Assembly (NCBI GenBank): GCA_038126655.1
Contig: JAYPGD010000004.1
Span: 1 to 33,182, forward strand
Length of the DNA stretch: 33,182 bases
Direction of reading: 5' to 3'
Origin: Verrucomicrobiales bacterium
GTDB lineage: Bacteria > Verrucomicrobiota > Verrucomicrobiia > Limisphaerales > JAYPEY01
In this document: one piece after another, positions 8,201 to 15,611 of the stretch
Layout of the letters: the number at the start of each line of letters is the position of its first letter
Numbering within the stretch: position 1 is the first letter of the stretch
Position numbers and translations under genes: made by a program
The notes under the pieces: generated by a model
The model's database searches: none
What the model was told of the DNA's origin: nothing
The model's input: only the letters and a program-made list of their open reading frames with translations

Positions 8201-8411
8201 CCAATGTCAGCCCCCCCTTCATCCTGCCCGCTTCATGGGAATGGCAACTGAAGCAACGGGACCTGAGAACAGGTTCAATCCGGTCGGTGAAAAAGGCGCG
8301 ATCCGTGGCGGACACTTCGCCGCCAAAGACGGAGGTTCCAGGGAGCCACAGGACGACCATTCCGGCGACCGCCGAAATCATGCGCGCGATGGAGGGTCTG
8401 GAGTGCTGCAT
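5232..8411 (-). CDS. PSCyt (planctomycete cytochrome-c motif) - DUF1549 - DUF1553 (PSD1) multidomain exported protein (1059 aa)
   Basis: ORF 5232..8588 trimmed to the ATG at 8411: [30 protein letters not shown] (signal). CxxCH block [34 protein letters not shown]. DUF1549-type block [16 protein letters not shown]...[23 protein letters not shown]. A central discoidin-like block ends in [10 protein letters not shown]. DUF1553-type C-terminus ends in [15 protein letters not shown]. Confidence 0.9.
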   Translation of the reverse strand: [1059 protein letters not shown]

Positions 8412-8511
8412 GCCTGACTCCGGAACTGTGATGCGATCGCCATCCGCCCGCAAGCCCCGGCGACCTCCGAAACGAACGCTCGCTGTCCCGCGTTCTCGCG
8501 GTTCCCCGCCC

Positions 8512-11500
8512 TCACCGTCCCCCGGGACGCCGCTCGATGAGGATCTCCTTCGCGCCGACTGCGATCGCCTCCGTTTGCTCCGTCCCATCAGGCCAGCGCA
8601 CGTGGACCTCCGTGGGTTCCTCCGGCATCGCCATCACCAGTGTCGCAGAATCCTGTGACCAGTAACCGGAGCCCGCCGCCACCTGCCTTGCCGGCCCTTT
8701 CCGATCGCCGAATACAAGACGCGCCACCGCGCCGACGCCCGTCGGGTTCTTCTCCCACGCGTTCAATCGCACGCGCAGTCCGGGTCGCCCTTTCCGGTTT
8801 TCGAACAGCCTCGTCTGCGCGCCGTTCTGCGTGACCAGGAGGTCCACCCGCCCGTCCGCATTGAAATCCGCCAGGGCGGCGCCGCGCTGCTCGCCATGGA
8901 CCCTCACCCCCGACTCCTCCCCGGAAGCCGCCGAGAACGACCCGTCGCCCGCGCCCAACAACACGATGCCGCGACCGCCGTCACACCTCGGCGTCTCACG
9001 CTGCACGGCAAAGAAATTCTGCCCCAGGAACACATCCTCGGCGCCATCGCCGTCAAAGTCCCCGATGCACACCGCCATGGCCGGCGCAAACTGGGATTCC
9101 AACGGCAACGCGCGCCGTTCAAACCCGCCGCCCCGATTCAGGAAGACCGCATGCTCCAAGGTGTTGGCCTCGACCACTTCCGCGCCGCCGAGGTTGTTCC
9201 CATAAATGTCGCCCAGGGCGCTCGCGCCAAAGGCGGAGAAGGTCTTGATCCGGGGCCTGATGAATTCAATGCCGCGGGAAGAGCAACTGAAGCCCCGCTC
9301 CGGCACCCAGCAGTTCATCGCCTTGTCGTAGTGATTCTCCACGATGTCCCAGACCCCGTTCTTGTCGAGGTCGCCGTGGTGGATACGCAACGGACTATCC
9401 AGGGAATAGGCGTGTTCGTACTTGGTGTTTCGCCCCCAGTTGCTCGCCACGATGTCCAGGCGTCCGTCGCCATCGACATCACCCAGGGCCGCGCCGTTCC
9501 ACCAACCCTTTAAGCGGTCGAGTCCCAACTCCGCCGTCGCCTCCTTGAATACCCCCTTCTCATTCCGGAGGACGCGCACCGCCCCCCAATCCATCGCCAG
9601 GACCAACTCCGGATCGCCGTCCTCATCCAACAGGTCGCCGAAGACCGCGCCGCTCACCAATCCAATTCCGACAAAGATCTCCGCCTGGCGCGGATCCGCC
9701 TCGTACACGCCGTCATGGTTCAGCAACAGCCTGGACGAAGCCGCCTTTGGGTAACGCCCCGGGAGACTGCGCCCGCCGACGAACAAATCCAGGTCCCCGT
9801 CGCCGTCGACATCGGCCAACGCCATGGCGCCCGTCGCCGAACCTTCATCCAGAATCCCTTGTCGCGTCGCGATCGTCCTGCCCGTGCGCGCATCGCTCAT
9901 ATGAAACGATGGCGCGCCCTTGGCGGCCGTTTCATAATTCTGTTGCCCGCTGAGAATCCGTCCGCCCGGGACGTCGCCCGGCGTGAACAGGATCGTGGTC
10001 ACATCGTCCGGCGCCGGCAGACCGGGCACGCGCTGGAAATTTCCCGCGCCGTCATTCAGGAACCGCGCCAGTTCCCCGCCGCGGCCGCCGCCGATCAAGA
10101 GATCGTCATCGCCATCGCCGTCAATGTCCGCCCAGCACACGCCGGGCCCCAGTTGGCTCAACCGATTCGGCAGCAACGACTGCGCCTTGAAATCGTCGAA
10201 GGGACTTTCCGTGTGAGTGTGGTCGAGCCGTCCGCTCACATCGGCAAACAGGGATTCCGACGCTTCCGCCTGTATCTCGATCATAGACGCGCCGGCCTGA
10301 CGCACCGTGTAGAGATGATTGGGCTTCACCTCCCTGATCACGGACACCCGGCCGTCCGGCCAGAAGACCTCCAGCTTCCGCTTCTCGTCCCCGGCGGCGG
10401 CGAATACCCGAATCGGCTCGCTGCCCGCGGCATAGGAGCCCCCGGCGACCATCTCCCGCTCCTGCGGCGCGCCGCTCCCCGACAATCGGATCCGCGCCCC
10501 GATCCCCCGGGAATTCCCGCCCGTTCCCGCCAACTTCACCGCCACCCGCGGCGCGATGCTTTCGTTGCGATAGATCTCCGGTTCCGAGCCTGTGTTGTTG
10601 ACGACAACGTCAAGATCGCCGTCGTTGTCGAAATCCGCCAGCGCCATCCCGCCGGACACGGCCTCGACGCTCACCCCCCAGGCCTCGCCGGTCTCCTTGA
10701 ATGTCAGATCGCCCCGGTTGCGAAAAATCATGTTGCGGGTCTCCAGGGTCGGAAACAAATGCGCCGTCGATTTGGCGAACACATCGGTCATCCGCTCGCC
10801 CATCGCCTCGATCTTGTCGTTCGTGTCCGAGTCCATGAAGTCGCGGATCATCCCCGTCGAAACGATCAGGTCCTCGTAGCCATCCAGATCGACATCGAGG
10901 AACAGCGGCGACCACGACCATTCCGAGGCGCGCAGGCCGGCAAGCTGCGCGATCTCCGCGTAGCTCCCGTCGCCACGGCCGAGAAACAGGGTGTTCTGCA
11001 TGACCTGCGGCCGGTCGTCGATGACTCCGATCGCCATTTCCGTCGCCTGCATGTCGCCCATCTGCGTCTTGCGGCGCGTGTGGTCCCGGCTGAGCATGTC
11101 CACCGTGATGAAATCCAAGTGGCCGTCGCGATTGATGTCGGCAAAATCCACACCCATGGAAAAGTAGGAGGTGCGTCGAAGGGCCAACCGGGGCGCCAGT
11201 TGAAAACGCCCCTGCCCGTCGTTGATCCAGAAGCGGTCGGGCGATTGAAAATCGTTGCAGACGTACAGGTCAGGGTCGCCGTCCTTGTCGACATCGCGGA
11301 AGGTCGCGCAGAGCCCCCAGTCCCGGGGCATCGGAATGGGATTCCCGTCCTCATCGCGAAAGCGGTCCTCCTCATCGGCCACCGCGCGGAACCCGCCCTG
11401 GCCGTCGTTGAGATAAAGCGTGTCCTGCGCGCCTTTTTCGCGGACGTCAAATTTCAGTTTCCCATCCACCACATTGCTCACGACGTTGAACATGGCGGCG

Positions 11501-12291
11501 AAGGTTGGATCCGGTTGCTCGCCGCGTTCGATCTTGCTCAACTCCGTGTCAACCATCCGGTCGTAGATCGCCGGGGCCGTCGCCTCCTTGATGCCCATCT
11601 TCACGTAGGTCGCGACATACATGTCGAGGTCGCCGTCGCCATCCACATCCCCGAACGCGGCCGAGATGTCGCCGCCCACATTGGTGCGCCGCCATGCCAC
11701 GTCCCGGGATTCCGTGAACCGGCCGGCGCCGTCGTTCAGGAACAACGCGTTCGGGGAATCCAAGGAAACGACGACCAAGTCCAGGTCCTGGTCGCCGTCC
11801 ACATCGGCCATGGCCGCGCCGGTGAGGTTGCGGCCTTCCAGGCGGACTCCCGCAGCGTCCGAAACATCCTCAAACTTCCAGTCACCCAGGTTGCGGTAGA
11901 GCGCGTTCGGACCGTCCATGCCGCAAATGAACAGATCACAGCGGCCGTCGCCATCGACGTCGCCGGCGGCGAGACCGGCGTTCACCACCCAAGGCGCGGG
12001 ATTCTTGCGCTTCCATTGCGGGGCTCCGCCGGGATGAATGCCCAGGTCCTTGACCGGAAGGCGCGTGAAGCCCGTCCGGCCCTCCACGGAAAGCTGCAAT
12101 GGCTGCGCATGGAAAGGCTCCGCATTTTCCGCAACGCGACCGGAATTCTGCACGGAGGGGGACGAGCCAATTCCGGAATCGTTTCGCGGCGCGTCGCCAG
12201 GCCCGCAGGCCGTCATCAGGATCAACGCCGACATGCCGGCCCAAACAGGGGCCGTTCTCCAAGCGCAGGACTCTTTTCGGTTCGTTTGCAT
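8512..12291 (-). CDS. FG-GAP/VCBS repeat protein with two ASPIC/UnbV domains (CRTAC1-like, tandemly duplicated architecture), probable lipoprotein, 1259 aa
   Basis: N-terminus MQTNRKESCAWRTAPVWAGMSALILMTAC (lipobox LMTAC). Many Ca-binding-type FG-GAP motifs: DVDGDGRCDL, DVDGDQDLDL, DVDGDGDLDM, DKDGDPDL, DIDGDGDDDL, and others. Two UnbV/ASPIC-like blocks: GIGARIRLSG...VAGGSYAAGSEP...LEVFWPDGRV mid-protein, and GVGAVARLVF...AAGSGYWSQDSA...VHVRWPDGT at the C-terminus. Confidence 0.9.
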   Translation of the reverse strand: MQTNRKESCAWRTAPVWAGMSALILMTACGPGDAPRNDSGIGSSPSVQNSGRVAENAEPFHAQPLQLSVEGRTGFTRLPVKDLGIHPGGAPQWKRKNPAPWVVNAGLAAGDVDGDGRCDLFICGMDGPNALYRNLGDWKFEDVSDAAGVRLEGRNLTGAAMADVDGDQDLDLVVVSLDSPNALFLNDGAGRFTESRDVAWRRTNVGGDISAAFGDVDGDGDLDMYVATYVKMGIKEATAPAIYDRMVDTELSKIERGEQPDPTFAAMFNVVSNVVDGKLKFDVREKGAQDTLYLNDGQGGFRAVADEEDRFRDEDGNPIPMPRDWGLCATFRDVDKDGDPDLYVCNDFQSPDRFWINDGQGRFQLAPRLALRRTSYFSMGVDFADINRDGHLDFITVDMLSRDHTRRKTQMGDMQATEMAIGVIDDRPQVMQNTLFLGRGDGSYAEIAQLAGLRASEWSWSPLFLDVDLDGYEDLIVSTGMIRDFMDSDTNDKIEAMGERMTDVFAKSTAHLFPTLETRNMIFRNRGDLTFKETGEAWGVSVEAVSGGMALADFDNDGDLDVVVNNTGSEPEIYRNESIAPRVAVKLAGTGGNSRGIGARIRLSGSGAPQEREMVAGGSYAAGSEPIRVFAAAGDEKRKLEVFWPDGRVSVIREVKPNHLYTVRQAGASMIEIQAEASESLFADVSGRLDHTHTESPFDDFKAQSLLPNRLSQLGPGVCWADIDGDGDDDLLIGGGRGGELARFLNDGAGNFQRVPGLPAPDDVTTILFTPGDVPGGRILSGQQNYETAAKGAPSFHMSDARTGRTIATRQGILDEGSATGAMALADVDGDGDLDLFVGGRSLPGRYPKAASSRLLLNHDGVYEADPRQAEIFVGIGLVSGAVFGDLLDEDGDPELVLAMDWGAVRVLRNEKGVFKEATAELGLDRLKGWWNGAALGDVDGDGRLDIVASNWGRNTKYEHAYSLDSPLRIHHGDLDKNGVWDIVENHYDKAMNCWVPERGFSCSSRGIEFIRPRIKTFSAFGASALGDIYGNNLGGAEVVEANTLEHAVFLNRGGGFERRALPLESQFAPAMAVCIGDFDGDGAEDVFLGQNFFAVQRETPRCDGGRGIVLLGAGDGSFSAASGEESGVRVHGEQRGAALADFNADGRVDLLVTQNGAQTRLFENRKGRPGLRVRLNAWEKNPTGVGAVARLVFGDRKGPARQVAAGSGYWSQDSATLVMAMPEEPTEVHVRWPDGTEQTEAIAVGAKEILIERRPGGR

Positions 12292-12450
12292 GGTCGCGGC
12301 AACCGTGGGCGCCTGGAATCAGGCGGAACGTCTTGGTCCCAACGTGATACACACCGAGATGAAATGAGATTCTCCGGGACTAACAAGTCTTTTTTCGCCG
12401 TCAATACAACTACGGCAACAGACCTCGGGGAGCCTCGCGGCGCGACGCGC

Positions 12451-13338
12451 TTAAACCAGTTCCCCGCGCGCTGTCATCAGGACCTGCCCTCCGACCGAGA
12501 TTCGCATGCCGTCCCCGTCCTTCTCCCCCTGGGCGAGCAACAGCGAAGGCCGGCCAATCTCCATCCCCTGCTCGATCCGGATATCAACCCTCCCGTCCCC
12601 GAAGTAACCGTGCCGCAGCAGATAGCCGGTGAGACAGGCCGCCGCACTGCCGGTCGCCGGATCCTCAGGAACCCCGAACGCCTCGCCAAACATACGGACG
12701 CAAAGATCGTTCCCGTCGGCATGCGTCTCCGGGCAAAACAGGTGCTGCAACCCGGGAAGCCCCGGTATTCCGAGACTCCGCTGACGTTCGCCGCTGAAGC
12801 TTGCGCGTTTCAACGCCTCCAGCGACTTCAACGGAACAACCACGAATTCAATTCCCATGGAAACAACCTGGATCGGAAATCGCCCATCAATGTCAGCCGG
12901 CTCGATCCCAAACAGTTCCGCGATCTTTCCACGCCCAAATTCGCCCCCGAACTTCGGCTCCTTCTGATGAAGCCAGACGCGTTCGACCCCGCATGCATCC
13001 GGCTCAAAGGTGACGCGAACGGGCCCGACGCCGAGATTGAGGGTCAGTTCCTCCTCGTCGCCGCCCAACAACACACGCCGGATCAGCCAGGCCGTGCCCA
13101 GGGTCGGGTGCCCGGCAAAGGGAACCTCCGCCGCCGGGGTGAAAATGCGCACATCACAACCTCCCCCGCCCGGCTCGACGGACGACACGAACGTCGTCTC
13201 CGAGAAGTTGGTCTCCCGCGCAATGCGCTGCATCTCCTCAGTCGACAGGTCCGCGGCATTCAGGACGACGCCCAGTTGATTGCCGGCGTATCGGGACTCG
13301 GCGAATACATCGAGGATGTAGAAGGGATGGCTGCTCAT
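12451..13338 (-). CDS. PhzF-family isomerase-like protein (295 aa)
   Basis: MSSHPFYILDVFAESRYAGNQLGVVLNAADLSTEEMQRIARETNFSETTFV... and ...FGVPEDPATGSAAACLTGYL are typical PhzF-family signatures. Confidence 0.88.
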   Translation of the reverse strand: MSSHPFYILDVFAESRYAGNQLGVVLNAADLSTEEMQRIARETNFSETTFVSSVEPGGGGCDVRIFTPAAEVPFAGHPTLGTAWLIRRVLLGGDEEELTLNLGVGPVRVTFEPDACGVERVWLHQKEPKFGGEFGRGKIAELFGIEPADIDGRFPIQVVSMGIEFVVVPLKSLEALKRASFSGERQRSLGIPGLPGLQHLFCPETHADGNDLCVRMFGEAFGVPEDPATGSAAACLTGYLLRHGYFGDGRVDIRIEQGMEIGRPSLLLAQGEKDGDGMRISVGGQVLMTARGELV

Positions 13339-13390
13339 GGCGTTGCTTGGCGACGGTCAGGGACCCGCGTTCCTTCGAACGCGCGAACGA

Positions 13391-14035
13391 TCAGCGACCG
13401 CCCTTCTCCTCCTTTGCCTCGCGCATCAATCTCGCCAACTCCCCATCCGCCTCGCTCCCCGTCCCCTCCAGCGCCCTGCAGACGCCTTCGACATCCTCTG
13501 CCGACCGGTTCTGCCCGAGCTTGAACTTGCCTTCAATCCGCGACAGCGGGATCACGAAACCCACAATCGCCGCCAACAACTTCTCCCGGAAGCCCCCGTC
13601 CAGGGCGTCCCCCTTCCAAGGCTTCTCAAATCCCCGCTCATTCTCCTCGACCGCAGCGTCCACAATCTCGGCGAGTCGTTCGCCTGATTCAACGATCCTC
13701 GGAACGCCATACCCGTGGACGGCCGTGTAATTCCAGGTCGGCACGGCCTGTTCGCTTTCATACCAGGAGGGCGAGATGTAGCCGTGCGGGCCTTGGAAGA
13801 TGACCAGAACCTCCTCACCCGGACGAAAGCCCGGCCACTGCGGATTGGCCCGCGCCATGTGGCCGGCCAGGACAATCTCCCCGGCGCCATTCTCCTCAAC
13901 AAACAGGGGCAGGTGCGACGCCGCCAACGCCCCTCCTTCAACGCCGCCGGACACAACCGTCGCAAAACCATGCCGACGCAGGAAGTCCAGCAGGACTCTT
14001 CGATCCTCCACCCGGAAACTGGAAGGCGCATACAT
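13391..14035 (-). CDS. FMN-binding negative transcriptional regulator, PaiB-like (214 aa)
   Basis: ORF 13391..14101 trimmed to the ATG at 14035: MYAPSSFRVEDRRVLLDFLRRHGFATVVS...HLPL...GHMARANPQW...FQGPHGYISPSWY...VPTWNYTAVH...KFKLGQNR (PaiB family pattern). The start is 2 nt after the upstream gene's stop. Confidence 0.82.
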   Translation of the reverse strand: MYAPSSFRVEDRRVLLDFLRRHGFATVVSGGVEGGALAASHLPLFVEENGAGEIVLAGHMARANPQWPGFRPGEEVLVIFQGPHGYISPSWYESEQAVPTWNYTAVHGYGVPRIVESGERLAEIVDAAVEENERGFEKPWKGDALDGGFREKLLAAIVGFVIPLSRIEGKFKLGQNRSAEDVEGVCRALEGTGSEADGELARLMREAKEEKGGR

Positions 14036-14037
14036 GA

Positions 14038-14529
14038 CTACTTCTTCTTGGGATAATCGAAGTCCAGCAGCAAACCGCAGTCCTCCTCCAGATCCGCCCA
14101 CGAAGAAATGTCAATCTCCAGGTCCGCCACCCCGCAGGTCGGCAGGTTTTCGATCATGCAGTTCGCCACCCAGTTCGCAAAATACGTAAACCCCGGATTG
14201 TGCCCGATCATGACCACATGCCCCAACCCGTCGTCCAGTTCCCGCGCCACCGCGACCAGGTCGCCGACCGTGGCCTCGTAGATCCGCTCATCCGTTCTGA
14301 TCGAGGCCTCGGTAAAACCGATTTCGCCGGCGATGATTCCGGCCGTCGTGAGGGCCCGTTTGGCCGGACTGGAAACGATCGCGTCCGGCGCCAGACCGCG
14401 CGCCTTCAACCGCCGTCCCATTTCCGGCGCCGCCCGCATCCCGCGGTCGTTGAGCTCCCGCTCAAAATCCGCGAGCCCGGGATGGTCCCAGCTCGACTTG
14501 GCATGGCGGATGAGCGTGAGTCGTTTCAT
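14038..14529 (-). CDS. Histidine phosphatase superfamily protein, SixA-like phosphohistidine phosphatase (163 aa)
   Basis: Trimmed to the ATG at 14529: MKRLTLIRHAKSSW (RHA/G catalytic motif)...DRGMRAAPEMGRRL...IVSSPAKRALTTA...VVMIGHNPG. The start is 4 nt after the upstream gene's stop. Confidence 0.82.
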   Translation of the reverse strand: MKRLTLIRHAKSSWDHPGLADFERELNDRGMRAAPEMGRRLKARGLAPDAIVSSPAKRALTTAGIIAGEIGFTEASIRTDERIYEATVGDLVAVARELDDGLGHVVMIGHNPGFTYFANWVANCMIENLPTCGVADLEIDISSWADLEEDCGLLLDFDYPKKK

Positions 14530-14533
14530 CCCC

Positions 14534-15466
14534 TCAGCCCAGCGACACAAAACCCTCCGCGGCCGCCGGATTCCTCGACGCCTCCAGAATCTTCATGATC
14601 GCCAGGGTCTCGCGACGATCCACATTCGGCTCGCCCGACTCAAAAAAGTCCATGATCGCGGCGAGGTTGTCGACGAAGATGCGTTTGAGATCGACCTCGA
14701 AATAGTCGGTCGCCTTGCGCGTGGTGACCGAGGCCGAATACCGGGTCCGCGTCTTGTTGAAGACGTTCACCGTCCCCGTCCGCCCGTCGCTGAAATCGAT
14801 CAGCAACTGCGACTCCGGCTCCATTCCGCGGCGCATCAATCGCACAACCTCCGGCCCCATGCAGCTCACGATCAACTCCACCGGATGGATCACATACTCG
14901 TTGAAGTTGCTGCCGGCGACCCAGGCGGTCATGTGCCGCAGGTTCTCCCGCCCGACCTTGGCGACATGCGCCTGCACATTGGTGTAGCGCAACGCCGAGG
15001 TCGTCTGGATCGGCATCCCCACGCGGTCCGCCAACGCAAAGATCTTCTCCGCCGTCGCGACATCCGGGGCAAAAGTCTTGTCCACATAGGTCGGCTTGCG
15101 AAAGGGAAACACCTGGCGACACAAATCCAGATGAACCTCCGGATTGGATGGCGCCAGAATCATGAAGCAATCGGCGGCCTTGTTCAGTTCCGCCAGACTG
15201 TCGAAATATCGCTCACCGTTCTTCTCCGCCCATTCGCGCCCCTCCTTCTCCTGCAGGGCATGACAGCCCGCAAACTCAAATCCGCGCCCCTTCAGATCCT
15301 CGCGCAGCGCCTTGTAAAAGACCCGCGCATGATAGCGGTTGAGGTTGTGATCGACGAAGGCGTTGCGGGGGCGGCTCGGGGCGGCCAACGCCGCGCCGAA
15401 CGGCGTCGCGGCAGCGACCGCCGCCGCCGCGCCAACGAAGCCGCGTCGGGAAAGGGATGGTTTCAT
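14534..15466 (-). CDS. Gfo/Idh/MocA-like oxidoreductase-fold protein with twin-arginine signal (310 aa); no canonical GxGxxG loop seen
   Basis: Trimmed to the ATG at 15466: MKPSLSRRGFVGAAAAVAAATPFGAALAAPS (Tat motif SRRGFV). Then FVDHNLNRYHARVFY...CFMILAPSNPEVHLDLCRQVFPFRKPTYVDKTFAP, which resembles the strand-loop/EKP region of the Gfo/Idh/MocA fold. The family call is from memory of similar PVC proteins and is moderately uncertain. Confidence 0.7.
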   Translation of the reverse strand: MKPSLSRRGFVGAAAAVAAATPFGAALAAPSRPRNAFVDHNLNRYHARVFYKALREDLKGRGFEFAGCHALQEKEGREWAEKNGERYFDSLAELNKAADCFMILAPSNPEVHLDLCRQVFPFRKPTYVDKTFAPDVATAEKIFALADRVGMPIQTTSALRYTNVQAHVAKVGRENLRHMTAWVAGSNFNEYVIHPVELIVSCMGPEVVRLMRRGMEPESQLLIDFSDGRTGTVNVFNKTRTRYSASVTTRKATDYFEVDLKRIFVDNLAAIMDFFESGEPNVDRRETLAIMKILEASRNPAAAEGFVSLG

Positions 15467-15514
15467 GATGGGTTCGCGTGGAAGTTGCCTGGGTCCGTCC
15501 GGACCGGTCACCGG

Positions 15515-15544
15515 ATCATCTGTCCGCCAGGCGCCGGCTGTCAA
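15515..15544 (-). promoter_or_regulatory. Sigma70-like promoter candidate TTGACA-N18-GATGAT upstream of the 15466 operon
   Basis: Minus strand: TTGACA = complement of 15539-15544; GATGAT = complement of 15515-15520. It sits in the 145-nt gap after the kinase gene. Confidence 0.25.
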
Positions 15545-15611
15545 TCCCGCGCCTCGCGAACGGCCGGTTCGATCGGAACGGCCAATGAAACGCCCGCCCC
15601 CCGCCGCCCCT

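Noticed and set aside
12292-12325. A sigma-54-like GG-N-GC element (aGGCGCCcacggTTGCc on the minus strand) upstream of the FG-GAP gene.
   Set aside because: The spacing between GG and GC is one nucleotide too long. The element also ends only about 7 nt from the ATG, so the predicted transcription start would fall inside the ORF.
9715-13524. A 1269-aa plus-strand ORF, plus other very long ORFs opposite real genes: 6153..8417, 14333..15619, 15687..17081, 20087..21694, 22511..24919, 24606..26546, 27260..28756, 28474..29673, 29917..30984, 31282..32091 and 32137..32715.
   Set aside because: Their translations are Arg/Pro/Gly/Ala/His-rich low-complexity strings with no recognisable motifs. One runs across three separate, well-supported minus-strand genes and their intergenic gaps. 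Stop-poor antisense frames are expected in high-GC DNA with strong GC3 bias, so I treat these as shadow ORFs rather than overlapping genes.
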